Under the pieces are notes generated by a model, which was not told where the DNA came from, searched no databases, and saw only the letters and a program-made list of their open reading frames with translations. Positions 6,624 to 16,730 of a stretch of 23,370 nt of DNA are shown one piece after another. The DNA is from Ktedonobacteraceae bacterium (GTDB lineage: Bacteria; Chloroflexota; Ktedonobacteria; Ktedonobacterales; Ktedonobacteraceae), in NCBI GenBank assembly GCA_051004815.1, contig JBPCJY010000167.1, positions 1 through 23,370 on the forward strand, in the 5' to 3' direction. The translations under genes and the position numbers were made by a program. Numbering within the stretch: the first letter of the stretch is position 1; each line of letters begins with the position of its first letter.

Positions 6624-7802
6624 GTGGAAATAGGCCAGGTTATTGGCGGACACTACCTGCTACAACGACTGATACAGCAGGGGCCGTACTCGACCGTCTT
6701 TCAGGGCGTCGATCAGTCATTTCAACGCGTCGTGGCCGTGAAAGCTGTGTCCGCCGCTTATATACCCATGTACAGAGCAGCCGTGCGGAAAACATCACAA
6801 CTTTCCTATCCCCATATTACCATGCTGTACGATCTTGTGATCGAACCGGATCGACTGTACCTGGTTGAGGAGTATGTGGAAGGTGATGACTTTGCCACGC
6901 TATTACAAGCGCAACTGCAACCGTTTGATGTGGCCGAGTATGGTCGCCAGATATGTTCCGCCTTGCTCTATGCCAGTAGCCCTACCCGCCGCATCTGTCA
7001 TGGCGACTTGACACCAAGAGCGATCTTGCGTGATCGTCGTGGGCTTATACGTGTCAACAATTTTGCCTTGCCCACTGATATGCAGTATTTTGCCGCTTGG
7101 AGCAAAGTCGGTGGCGAAGGCAGAGATGTCTCTGATACAAGCTTGCCATGGGGTGCGATGAGTCCTGGACGCCAGGCCGATGATACCCGCGCTGTTGGGC
7201 TCCTCCTCTACCAACTCCTTGCCGGTCGTCCACCCAATGCCACGACAGTCGAACCACCCATTGATGGCCGTTTACGCTTTATGCGCAATATCCCCCCGGA
7301 ATTGTGTGAACTGGTTGCTCGCACAGTCATTCGCGATCATCCACAACACATTACCACCGTGGAAGTACTCCATGATGAACTGAATGCCTTGACAGAGACT
7401 TTGGACCCCTCGTCCTCCATGGCTGCCGCCAATATCCCTCTCTATCAACCAGCAGAGGTAGCAAGCCCGCGCCAATACTCAGCACCGTCACCTGGCGGAA
7501 AGATGATGAATCCGCTGCCAGCGGGACAACCTGGTCGTGGACTCGCCAGCTATCAGAAAGAGAACAGTGTCAAACTGGCTACCCCTGCGCTTGATCCAGC
7601 AGCTTATGCGGCCCCTACCACCGCCGACGCGTCGCTGTTGGTAGCCCCTATACGCCAGCCAGACACCTTCCTCCCAAGCGAAGAAACACCCGCGGCAGTG
7701 CGCCGCTCTCCGCTGCTCATGTGGCTGGTACTTGGCCTGATTGCCTTTGCCCTGTTCTTTGTCATTGGCTACTACGCGGGAATACTATTGATACACCCGT
7801 GA
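6624..7802 (+). CDS. Membrane-anchored Ser/Thr protein kinase-like protein, a predicted pseudokinase, with a C-terminal TM helix
   Basis: Kinase-like subdomains are present: VAVKAV (VAIK lysine) and ICHGDLTPRAIL (HxD kept, but Lys and Asn of the catalytic loop are lost). The DFG motif is replaced by NFA (RVNNFALP) and the Gly-loop is degenerate (QQGPYSTVF). C-terminal TM helix LLMWLVLGLIAFALFFVIGYYAGILLI. The start is uncertain: the in-frame GTG at 6624 (VEIGQV) is chosen because the long ORF overlaps the ROK gene. Confidence 0.55.
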   Translation: MEIGQVIGGHYLLQRLIQQGPYSTVFQGVDQSFQRVVAVKAVSAAYIPMYRAAVRKTSQLSYPHITMLYDLVIEPDRLYLVEEYVEGDDFATLLQAQLQPFDVAEYGRQICSALLYASSPTRRICHGDLTPRAILRDRRGLIRVNNFALPTDMQYFAAWSKVGGEGRDVSDTSLPWGAMSPGRQADDTRAVGLLLYQLLAGRPPNATTVEPPIDGRLRFMRNIPPELCELVARTVIRDHPQHITTVEVLHDELNALTETLDPSSSMAAANIPLYQPAEVASPRQYSAPSPGGKMMNPLPAGQPGRGLASYQKENSVKLATPALDPAAYAAPTTADASLLVAPIRQPDTFLPSEETPAAVRRSPLLMWLVLGLIAFALFFVIGYYAGILLIHP

Positions 7803-7842
7803 GATATAGGCTTATACTTCGCTTCACAACATGTCTGGCCTG

Positions 7843-10596
7843 TTATTCGGCTCGTAGCACATCCATCATTGGCAAATGGTTAATGGCGCGGATAGCGGGA
7901 AGGGTCGCCAGTCCAGCCACCGCGAGCATCAACACGACCGCTCCGACACCAACAAGGGGAGCCGGAATGCTTCCCTGGGCGGCATGCTCCGCCGCGAGAA
8001 TCCACAAAGCCATCAGTACCCCCGGCACCGCACCCAACACTGCCAGCGTCAAGCCTTCTTGCACAAACAAACGCTGTACGATGTTCGACCGCCAGCCCAC
8101 CGCTTGCAGCAGACCAATCTCTTTCTGGCGTTCGCGCACCTGGATCAGCAGAAGGTCTGCTACACTCAGAAAGGTTAAGAGCACGGCGAAGCTGGCTCCG
8201 GCCAGTTGGGGAACGGCTGTTTGCAGAAGGACATAATCCCCCAACAAGGTGCCTTGCAGCGTTTGACGAAAGGCCAGGATGCCATCGACCATGACCGTTA
8301 AGAGCACCGCCGACAGGAAAAGGCTACCAATGGCGATGACCGCTCGTAAGCGCGAACGCGTCAGGTTGCGTAAGGCCATGCTGCCTACAGCGGGCAGCCG
8401 CGACCAGAGAGCGGCACTCCAGCGGTTGAGCCGCGAGGTAGCGGCAGCGGAGACGGTCGTGCCTTCGCGCAATGCCTCTGCCGGGCGGAGATGCCAGAGA
8501 TGCCAGAGGGGATAGAGCGCACTGAGCAGAGCGAGTGCCAGTACGATCGGTAGCGTCCAAGCCACGATGAGCCAGGGCGGACTGGAGCCAATGAGGAAGA
8601 CCAGCAGCAGAGCCAGCCCGATACCACCGAGACCGCCTCCCATAGCAAGCAAGAGTGTTTGGCCCAGGAAAGCCCCCACCGGGTGCCAGGGTCGCCAGCC
8701 CAGGGCACTGAGCAGGGCCAGTTCACGACGTTGGAAGGCAACCAGAGAGCTAAGAGTGACGGCTAAGTAGCCCAGACAAACGAGTAGGACGGCTCCTAAA
8801 AGCAGGGTTTGGGTTTCACCCAATTGGTTAAGGTAGAGGATGCCCGCGCCAACTGAGATCCAACGCTCTTCCACCCAACCAAGGGGGGCGATATCTTGCG
8901 CGGCTCCATTAACTCCTTGTTTGGTGCCTGGAATATACACAAGTGTGGGTTGGGGGGAGGAACCAAGTGTGACGATAGCTTGTAACCCGGTGCGTTGCTG
9001 AATCTCTTGCGCTACCTGTGCTACATGCTTCCATCCCGCATCGTCAGGAGTGACGTTGCCCGCAACTCGCACACGGATAATGCTAATGCAATGGTCGCCA
9101 CGAATCTGTTGAGCCGCCGCTAATGTGGTGAGTGCTAATGGCGATTGGAGTGTGAAGCCTGCCGGATTGGTCGTAGGCAACAGGGTGGTTGGTTTGATAG
9201 GGTTCCCTTGTGCATCATAGCGCAATACCGTTGGAGAAGGCGTATAAGTATTCTCAGGCAACCAATTCAGGGCGTTGGTGAACTCGGCTGAAAGCCTTTT
9301 GCCATCAAATTGACCAACAGGTTGCACCGTGTAGGTCGCTCCATTGTAGATAGTGTCATACACAGCCTGATAGGTATACCCAATCGTTCCATTCTGTTGC
9401 TGCATATCGCCAGGAAGCGGCTTGAGATCGCGAAAAGCTACTTCGTTCCCATGGAGGTTCTCATCATTGCCTGTATTGTTTGGTACAAGGGTATATGCAG
9501 GAGACGTTCCGCCTTTGGGCGGAGTTGCTGGTTGATAGGGCAGGCTGGAAGGACTGGCAGTAAAGTTCAACGCAAAGGATGGATTGCCATAGCTCTGAAC
9601 TTGCAGGGAGCTTCCCTGTTGCGCAAGCGTTGTGCCTTTCGTAAAAATATGGAGGTCGTTTTGCGGAATAGGAACGTTTCCAGAAAAGACTGTTTGCTGA
9701 GGAAGGTGAGCAAGATAAGAACTACCACCATGTATCGCTATCTGTTGTGGGTCCGTTACATTCGTTGAAAGATGTACAAAGGAGGCATGGAGCGCAATCT
9801 GACCTGGAGGCTGCGTATTGATCAGCAACGGTACGTCATAATTTGGAACCTGTTCGTTAGCATTCATACCCTGGATACTAGGCTGGCTCGCATCTAATGA
9901 AAGTGTGGGCTGCTGAGGAAGTTGGGCTCCCGCTACAATACTTCGATCCAGGTGTACAAGTTGATTTTCTGCATCAGGATCGATGGCGGCCAATAAAAAT
10001 GTGCCTGGATCAGGTACTCCGGTAAGATAATTCCCATTTTTTGTAAAGAAATAATCATTGACGCCTATAGAATTCAGTGTTTGCTGCTGTTCACTGCTGA
10101 GGTTGCACAGTCCTGAGCATGCGTCTGAAGCATAGACGTTCACACTTGCCTGGTACTCTGTAATAGAGCGTTGTCCATTAAAGGCAGTGAGAGTCCAATT
10201 CAGTCGGTAAAAGCCGGGTGCAGGGTGCGAAGACCCCAATTGAATGACGGTTGTTGGGAATTGGGCGTAGCTGATAAAGGCGATAGGAGCCGCCACAGCG
10301 ACTCCCGCAAGTTTTTTAATTTGTTCATACTGCTGTATGCTGATGCCACCATCGTACCCCTCGAACTGATCGGGGGCAATAGCTTTGCTGGCAGGGACGT
10401 GTGTTCGCGGTGGAAGGACCACTAAGTCGTAGGTGGAACGCCAATTATGGCTAATGATCTGGGTAGCTTGTAACACCGTGGTTTGCGTCGTGGCACTCAG
10501 TAGAATCAGGGCGCAAGCGGCCAGGAGGAAGCCCGTGCTGGTAAGGAGACTCCGGCTCCGCTGTCGTCGCAGCATCAGAAAGATATAGTGGAGCAT
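7843..10596 (-). CDS. Large ABC-transporter-type permease with two FtsX/MacB-like 4-TM domains and a ~550-aa extracytoplasmic domain. No ATPase domain is fused and no ATPase gene is adjacent.
   Basis: The N-terminus LHYIFLMLRRQRSRSLLTSTGFLLAACALILL is a typical FtsX-family start. Two TM clusters each end in an FtsX-like signature (...LRPAEALREG; ...PAIRAINHLPMMDVLRAE). ATG at 10596 has AAAGGTG upstream; the ORF-track M at 10611 is actually a GTG. Confidence 0.8.
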   Translation of the reverse strand: MLHYIFLMLRRQRSRSLLTSTGFLLAACALILLSATTQTTVLQATQIISHNWRSTYDLVVLPPRTHVPASKAIAPDQFEGYDGGISIQQYEQIKKLAGVAVAAPIAFISYAQFPTTVIQLGSSHPAPGFYRLNWTLTAFNGQRSITEYQASVNVYASDACSGLCNLSSEQQQTLNSIGVNDYFFTKNGNYLTGVPDPGTFLLAAIDPDAENQLVHLDRSIVAGAQLPQQPTLSLDASQPSIQGMNANEQVPNYDVPLLINTQPPGQIALHASFVHLSTNVTDPQQIAIHGGSSYLAHLPQQTVFSGNVPIPQNDLHIFTKGTTLAQQGSSLQVQSYGNPSFALNFTASPSSLPYQPATPPKGGTSPAYTLVPNNTGNDENLHGNEVAFRDLKPLPGDMQQQNGTIGYTYQAVYDTIYNGATYTVQPVGQFDGKRLSAEFTNALNWLPENTYTPSPTVLRYDAQGNPIKPTTLLPTTNPAGFTLQSPLALTTLAAAQQIRGDHCISIIRVRVAGNVTPDDAGWKHVAQVAQEIQQRTGLQAIVTLGSSPQPTLVYIPGTKQGVNGAAQDIAPLGWVEERWISVGAGILYLNQLGETQTLLLGAVLLVCLGYLAVTLSSLVAFQRRELALLSALGWRPWHPVGAFLGQTLLLAMGGGLGGIGLALLLVFLIGSSPPWLIVAWTLPIVLALALLSALYPLWHLWHLRPAEALREGTTVSAAATSRLNRWSAALWSRLPAVGSMALRNLTRSRLRAVIAIGSLFLSAVLLTVMVDGILAFRQTLQGTLLGDYVLLQTAVPQLAGASFAVLLTFLSVADLLLIQVRERQKEIGLLQAVGWRSNIVQRLFVQEGLTLAVLGAVPGVLMALWILAAEHAAQGSIPAPLVGVGAVVLMLAVAGLATLPAIRAINHLPMMDVLRAE

Positions 10597-10717
10597 GAAC
10601 GCACCTTTCACGTTGGCTCAAAAAATATTATGGATGCAGGGTAGCGAAGATACAGATCGTCTCTTGCACTCATAAAAGAGAGAAAGAGTTGTACACCGCT
10701 CCAGAATTGTTCATAAG

Positions 10718-10742
10718 TAGTGGCTCTTACAGCCACTACTAT
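10718..10742 (-). terminator. Possible weak terminator hairpin 7 nt downstream of the isoaspartyl peptidase stop codon
   Basis: GTAGTGGCT-cttaca-GCCACTAC inverted repeat. The following minus-strand sequence is only moderately U-rich (UUAUGAACAAUUC). Confidence 0.3.
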
Positions 10743-10748
10743 TTACAC

Positions 10749-11666
10749 CTAGACGCCCGCGATAGGTTCTGTGAGTTCCTCGTTCATGTAGGCATACGCC
10801 ATGTGTTCGGTGTTCCAGGCAAAGCCAACATTGCCTTTGCGGTCAACGGTAATGAGTCCGCCTTGTCCTTCGGCCTTCGCACCTAGCAGTGCAATGGTAG
10901 CTATTGCCGCGTCGCGTGCGGTCATCCCTTGCGCCACACAGTCAGCAGCCCGTTTGGCGATCAGCAGACGTATGAAATCTTCTCCATGACCTGTGCAGGA
11001 AATAGCGGCCTCGTCATCAGCATAGAAACCACAACCCACCAGCGGAGAATCGCCCACGCGCCCCGGAAACTTATTGAGCGTACCGCCAGTTGAGGTAGCC
11101 GCCGCCAGGTAGCCAGAGGCGTCAAGGGCAACTGCGCCCACCGTACCATGTTTATCTTCCCGCTCTGATAACGGCTGCACTTCGCGGCGGTGGTAGCGCG
11201 GTTCCTCCGTTTCCCGGTGGCTATCTTTCCAATTCGTGTATTGTCGCTCCGTTAACAGGTCATTAAAGGTACAGAGGGCAATGTCCTGCTCCAACGCAAA
11301 TTCTTGCGCCCCTTTCCCAACCAGCAAGACATGAGGACTTTCCATGACTTTACGTGCCAGCGAGATAGGATGTTTAATCAGTTCGACGCCTGCCACGGCT
11401 CCCACGCGCAGCGTGTGACCCTCCATCATGCCAGCATCTAACTCGATATTGCCCTCTGTAGTTAGACAGGCACCGGTCGCTGAGTTGAAATTAGGGTTAT
11501 CTTCCAGCGAACGCACGGCGGCTTCTACTGCCTCAAGAGCCGAACCGCCATCTTGCAAAATACGCCAACCTGCCAGCGTCGCCTCTTTACAACCCGCCTG
11601 AGCCGTATCAAAGCGATCCGCACTGATCTTGCCAGCTCCACCATGTACAATAATAGCAATGGGCAT
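10749..11666 (-). CDS. Isoaspartyl peptidase / L-asparaginase (Ntn-hydrolase, plant-type asparaginase family)
   Basis: MPIAIIVHGGAG..., autoprocessing site DKHGTVGAVALD (Thr nucleophile), and GGLITVD. AGGAGA RBS before the ATG at 11666. Confidence 0.85.
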   Translation of the reverse strand: MPIAIIVHGGAGKISADRFDTAQAGCKEATLAGWRILQDGGSALEAVEAAVRSLEDNPNFNSATGACLTTEGNIELDAGMMEGHTLRVGAVAGVELIKHPISLARKVMESPHVLLVGKGAQEFALEQDIALCTFNDLLTERQYTNWKDSHRETEEPRYHRREVQPLSEREDKHGTVGAVALDASGYLAAATSTGGTLNKFPGRVGDSPLVGCGFYADDEAAISCTGHGEDFIRLLIAKRAADCVAQGMTARDAAIATIALLGAKAEGQGGLITVDRKGNVGFAWNTEHMAYAYMNEELTEPIAGV

Positions 11667-11704
11667 CGAGAGATTCTCCTATCACTTAGCAGTAGTCTGT
11701 CCTA

Positions 11705-12592
11705 TTACAGGCTCCCCACAAAATCATTCAAAGCACTGGCCACCGCATCAGGCGCATCGAAGAGGATCAGATGACCAGCGTCAGGAATAATGACCAACCG
11801 CGATTCAGGAATATCACGATGGAGCCGTTGGGCGTACTCTAGCGGTATCTGCTGATCTTTCTCGCCCCAGATAATCAGCGCTGGCTTGCCCATATGTTTC
11901 AAATCGGAGGCGACCGAATTGGTATAGCTGGGAATTAACAGGCGAATATGTTGAAAAAGGACCTCTTTGCCCTGCTCGCTATCCCACTGCTGAATATAGT
12001 CGTCCATGAAGGCATTGAAACGCTGTGGATTCACCGAGGCATTAGACAACGTCTCACGCAAAATACTCATCATGTCTTCAAGTTTGGTCTCTTTAGGAGC
12101 ATCATAGTCCTGGCGTTTCGCCATCTCGGTGAGCGGCCAATTGGGGGCGTAACTGTGCAGGAAACAATTGGTGTCAATTAACACGAGAGCCGCCACGCGC
12201 TCATGGCTCAAGCGTGTAGCCAAAACTTGGGCCACCGCACCGCCCAGCCCATGACCAACCAGGATAATATTGGTGAGATTGAGCTGCTCGAAGAGCATGG
12301 AGAGATTGTCGGCATGCCCCCAGTTGGAGGTATCGGCAGGCCAGGGATGCTCGGACAGTCCATAACCGAGCATATCAATGGCATAGACGGCGCGGTTCGT
12401 CACGGCGAGCTGCGGCATCACATCAGCCCAGGTGAACGCACCACCCGCGATATCATGCAGCAAGACAATGGCTCCATCGGTGCCGTATTCTTGCCCCTGG
12501 ACAACATAACTCAAATCGTAGTGAATAACATGGGCCACATGCCGCTCAGGTGCCTGGCTGACCTCGTTATCCTCGGAAGTATCCTTTATCAT
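11705..12592 (-). CDS. Alpha/beta-hydrolase fold protein in which the nucleophile-elbow Ser is replaced by Gly (GHGLGG)
   Basis: Alpha/beta-hydrolase signature LVGHGLGGAVAQ plus the C-terminal His motif DAGHLILFDAPD. The Gly codon GGG was verified in the DNA (GGT CAT GGG CTG GGC GGT). Confidence 0.7.
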   Translation of the reverse strand: MIKDTSEDNEVSQAPERHVAHVIHYDLSYVVQGQEYGTDGAIVLLHDIAGGAFTWADVMPQLAVTNRAVYAIDMLGYGLSEHPWPADTSNWGHADNLSMLFEQLNLTNIILVGHGLGGAVAQVLATRLSHERVAALVLIDTNCFLHSYAPNWPLTEMAKRQDYDAPKETKLEDMMSILRETLSNASVNPQRFNAFMDDYIQQWDSEQGKEVLFQHIRLLIPSYTNSVASDLKHMGKPALIIWGEKDQQIPLEYAQRLHRDIPESRLVIIPDAGHLILFDAPDAVASALNDFVGSL

Positions 12593-12618
12593 AAAAACCT
12601 CCCTTTAAAATACACCTG

Positions 12619-12744
12619 ATGAAAATTAACAATCAAAATCGGCAATGTCATTCTGAGCGAAGCGAAGAATCTCACTGCCACACCGAGATTCTTCGCTTCG
12701 CTCAGAATGACAGATCATTGCCGATTTTGATTGTTAATTTTCAT
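12619..12744. repeat. 126-bp near-perfect palindromic element (arms ~55 bp, 11-nt central loop, one 5-nt bulge) between the enolase stop and the hydrolase start. It probably also acts as the enolase terminator.
   Basis: Outer arms ATGAAAATTAACAATCAAAATCGGCAATG (12619-12647) / CATTGCCGATTTTGATTGTTAATTTTCAT (12716-12744). Inner arms TCATTCTGAGCGAAGCGAAGAATCTC / GAGATTCTTCGCTTCGCTCAGAATGA. It shares the CGCTCAGAATGACAG core with the 5292-5393 element. Confidence 0.85.
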
Positions 12745-12772
12745 TAGGGGCCGATCAATCGCGCCCTACAGA

Positions 12773-14194
<1,422 letters not shown>

Positions 14195-14198
14195 CTAT

Positions 14199-15380
14199 CT
14201 ACTCAGAATCGGCGTCGACAAAAATTTGCGTGGGGCGACGAATTAATGAGTTACGCGGGGAGCCGTTGGCTCCATTGCGCAATGGCCCGCTGCCGCCGCT
14301 AAACTTCGTCTGCGAAGGAGGTTGCACCGTTGGCTGTCCATTGGGCGTCTCAGGATTGCGCTCTCCCGCAGGTTGCATCATCTCCAGTCCGCGACGCAAA
14401 GTCATCATATCGCGTAGGAAACATGCCACGGCGGAGGCAGCCGATCCCTTTTCTTTTGAATTGTCAAAACGTCTGGCAGTGGCCTCGCCGGCATCTTGCG
14501 CCGCCTGTGCCATCGGATCAGAGGTTTTAGCGGCGTAGGCATCCTGGAAGATGTCATCCCACCCTGACCATCGGCCACGGAGAGGTTTCCAACCGAGTTG
14601 GCTATCGCTGACAGTACGCCACTTCTCTTCCGTGAATTGTACCCAATCGTCCATGAGCCGTGTAAAGGCTGCGAGTTGCTGGCGCAACCGCTCCTCTTCT
14701 TCCGAAGGACGTTGTGGGAAAGACTGTGGCAACCCATCGGTAGTTTGCTGGTTCACAAAATCATTGCCGCCACTCATCTGCCCCATCTGGGGATAGCCCG
14801 TCATTTGCTGGCCGTTAAATCCATTGGCCATGCCAGGATAGTGACTGGCATTAGCACCGGGGAACATGCCAGAATTCGCGCCAGGAAAACCACCCGCAGC
14901 GTTGAACGCCGAGAAATCAGGAGAGAGTTGCCCATTTGCCATACCCAACAAGGGGATTTCGGTACCGGCAGGCAACTCACCAAGCACATGGATGCCACTG
15001 GCGGTCAACATAGGGCTTAGCACGGTCGTGCCATCCGGCAGCATCAAATTTTCAGCGTAGTTGGGCATACCACCGATGACTATCTCTTCATGCCCAACCG
15101 CGTCAAGAATGCGCCAGGCTAAACGGGGATGTTTCATAGCCCACCAGACGCGCCGGGAGATAAATGTGCTGGCAAAGGTGAAGTTCACAATCAGCCAAAC
15201 GACTCCACGTACTGCCAGCCAGTTGACTAAGCCAATGGCGATAATCCAGTACCAGGCGTCGTGTTGTCCTGCCTCTTCAATAAACGTAAGTACAACAGCT
15301 ACGGTCAAGCTAGGATCGCGTAATGGATTGATAAAATCCAAAACGCGCCAAAACCATCGTCGATCTATCTTAGGTTTCAA
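14199..15380 (-). CDS. Hypothetical membrane protein with an N-terminal 2-TM region, a globular segment, a G/N/Q/M-rich low-complexity linker and a C-terminal domain of unknown function. It uses a TTG start.
   Basis: Long ORF with TTG at 15380 preceded by GAGAGGAG 8 nt upstream. The low-complexity stretch is FPGANSGMFPGANASHYPGMANGFNGQQMTGYPQMGQMSGG. No recognisable family signature. Confidence 0.5.
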   Translation of the reverse strand: MKPKIDRRWFWRVLDFINPLRDPSLTVAVVLTFIEEAGQHDAWYWIIAIGLVNWLAVRGVVWLIVNFTFASTFISRRVWWAMKHPRLAWRILDAVGHEEIVIGGMPNYAENLMLPDGTTVLSPMLTASGIHVLGELPAGTEIPLLGMANGQLSPDFSAFNAAGGFPGANSGMFPGANASHYPGMANGFNGQQMTGYPQMGQMSGGNDFVNQQTTDGLPQSFPQRPSEEEERLRQQLAAFTRLMDDWVQFTEEKWRTVSDSQLGWKPLRGRWSGWDDIFQDAYAAKTSDPMAQAAQDAGEATARRFDNSKEKGSAASAVACFLRDMMTLRRGLEMMQPAGERNPETPNGQPTVQPPSQTKFSGGSGPLRNGANGSPRNSLIRRPTQIFVDADSE

Positions 15381-15613
15381 TAGGATCTCCTCTCGACCCC
15401 GCCGTTGGTCCGACAGGACAATAACTTCTCAGGTTCACGATGGGAAATTCTAGCATGAGTCCTGAATATCTGCAAGCTTACCTTCTTTTTAGGGAAGAAT
15501 GGGTCATCCTGGCACACTATGTTGCTTCTTCATTACTCAAAACGATCCGTTCATGCCAGTTGGGCGTAGTCCGGTACTTTGGTACCAGCCTGTCCAGTAG
15601 GAACAAGGGGCCT

Positions 15614-16324
15614 CTACAGGTATTGTTGTTGTAGGGCCAGGAGTTCGGTGATGCCCTGCTCCGCCAGGTCGATCAGGCTGTTCATGGTTGCGCGGCTGAA
15701 AACACCACCTTCGCCCGTGCCTTGTACCTCAATAAACTCGTGTTCCGCGGTCATTACCACATTACAATCAACGTCCGCACGCGAATCTTCGGCGTAACAC
15801 AGATCAAGGATGAGGTTGCTTTCAAATACGCCGACGCTCGTGGCGGCAACTGCCGTGCGAATGGGGTGCGTGGTAAGTAGTCCTCGTTGCACCAACAGCG
15901 AACAGGCGCGATGCAATGCCACGTAGGCTCCGGTGATGGAAGCGGTACGGGTTCCGCCATCAGCCTGGAGGACATCGCAGTCAAGCGTGATGGTACGTGG
16001 CCCCAGGGCTTGCATATCCACGGCTGCTCGCAAGGAGCGGCCTATCAGGCGTTGGATTTCCTGTGTGCGCCCACTGATCTTCCCGCTGCGTTCGCGACCG
16101 GTGCGGGTATGCGTTGCACGGGGCAACATATTATACTCGGCAGTCACCCAACCTTGTCCCTTCCCCTCCAAAAAAGGCGGCACTTTCTCTTCAACCGTGG
16201 CGGCACATAGCACGCGTGTCTTGCCTGTCTCTATCAGTACTGACCCTTCGGCATAGTCCAGGACATCAACCGTGAGCCGTACAGGACGCAGTTGGTTGGG
16301 CAAACGCCCATCTATTCGTGTCAT
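15614..16324 (-). CDS. rph: Ribonuclease PH
   Basis: [13 protein letters not shown]..., GSVL...[32 protein letters not shown] and [26 protein letters not shown] at 16324 (MTRIDGR) has an AGAGG RBS; the longer ORF-track start is rejected. Confidence 0.9.
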   Translation of the reverse strand: MTRIDGRLPNQLRPVRLTVDVLDYAEGSVLIETGKTRVLCAATVEEKVPPFLEGKGQGWVTAEYNMLPRATHTRTGRERSGKISGRTQEIQRLIGRSLRAAVDMQALGPRTITLDCDVLQADGGTRTASITGAYVALHRACSLLVQRGLLTTHPIRTAVAATSVGVFESNLILDLCYAEDSRADVDCNVVMTAEHEFIEVQGTGEGGVFSRATMNSLIDLAEQGITELLALQQQYL

Positions 16325-16730
16325 AACGCAACCTCTTTTTCTTTTTGTATGCAAACCATTGTACTACAGAACAAAGGCAACAGGATAACTTCGGGACATT
16401 TGAGTCCAACATTGCTCATAAAACGTGCTATATACAGAATGTTCAGTTGACATGTGCATTTGGTACATCGTAGTAGCGGATAAATAGAAGAGGATAACTA
16501 TACAACCCGAAACTCCATAGCTGATTGTGACATATGACCGTGAAGTTTTCTCCCAGCTTCATTGGAAATGTGTTATTATACTAAGGGGTTTTTTTGTGTG
16601 TCGATATGCGCACTCCCATATGTTCTTGTGTCAACTTGTGCCACACTTTCATTGGTAGTCTGAAGCTATGAGGTACTGCGTTTTTTGGTGCCTCAGAACA
16701 GCGTGCGCCTGTCAGAAAGGATAAACCCAT

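Noticed and set aside
8279-9768. Several 60-150-aa ORFs on both strands inside 7843..10596
   Set aside because: They lie fully within the long FtsX-permease coding frame and are low-complexity Arg/Ala-rich translations typical of out-of-frame GC-rich sequence.
12203-12619. 138-aa ORF on the plus strand antisense to the alpha/beta hydrolase
   Set aside because: It lies entirely within the hydrolase gene on the opposite strand and has no start context or domain similarity.
16570-16600. GGGG followed by a T7 run (ACTAAGGGGTTTTTTTGTG) as a terminator
   Set aside because: No convincing upstream stem, and it lies inside a divergent promoter region between rph and the otsA-like gene.
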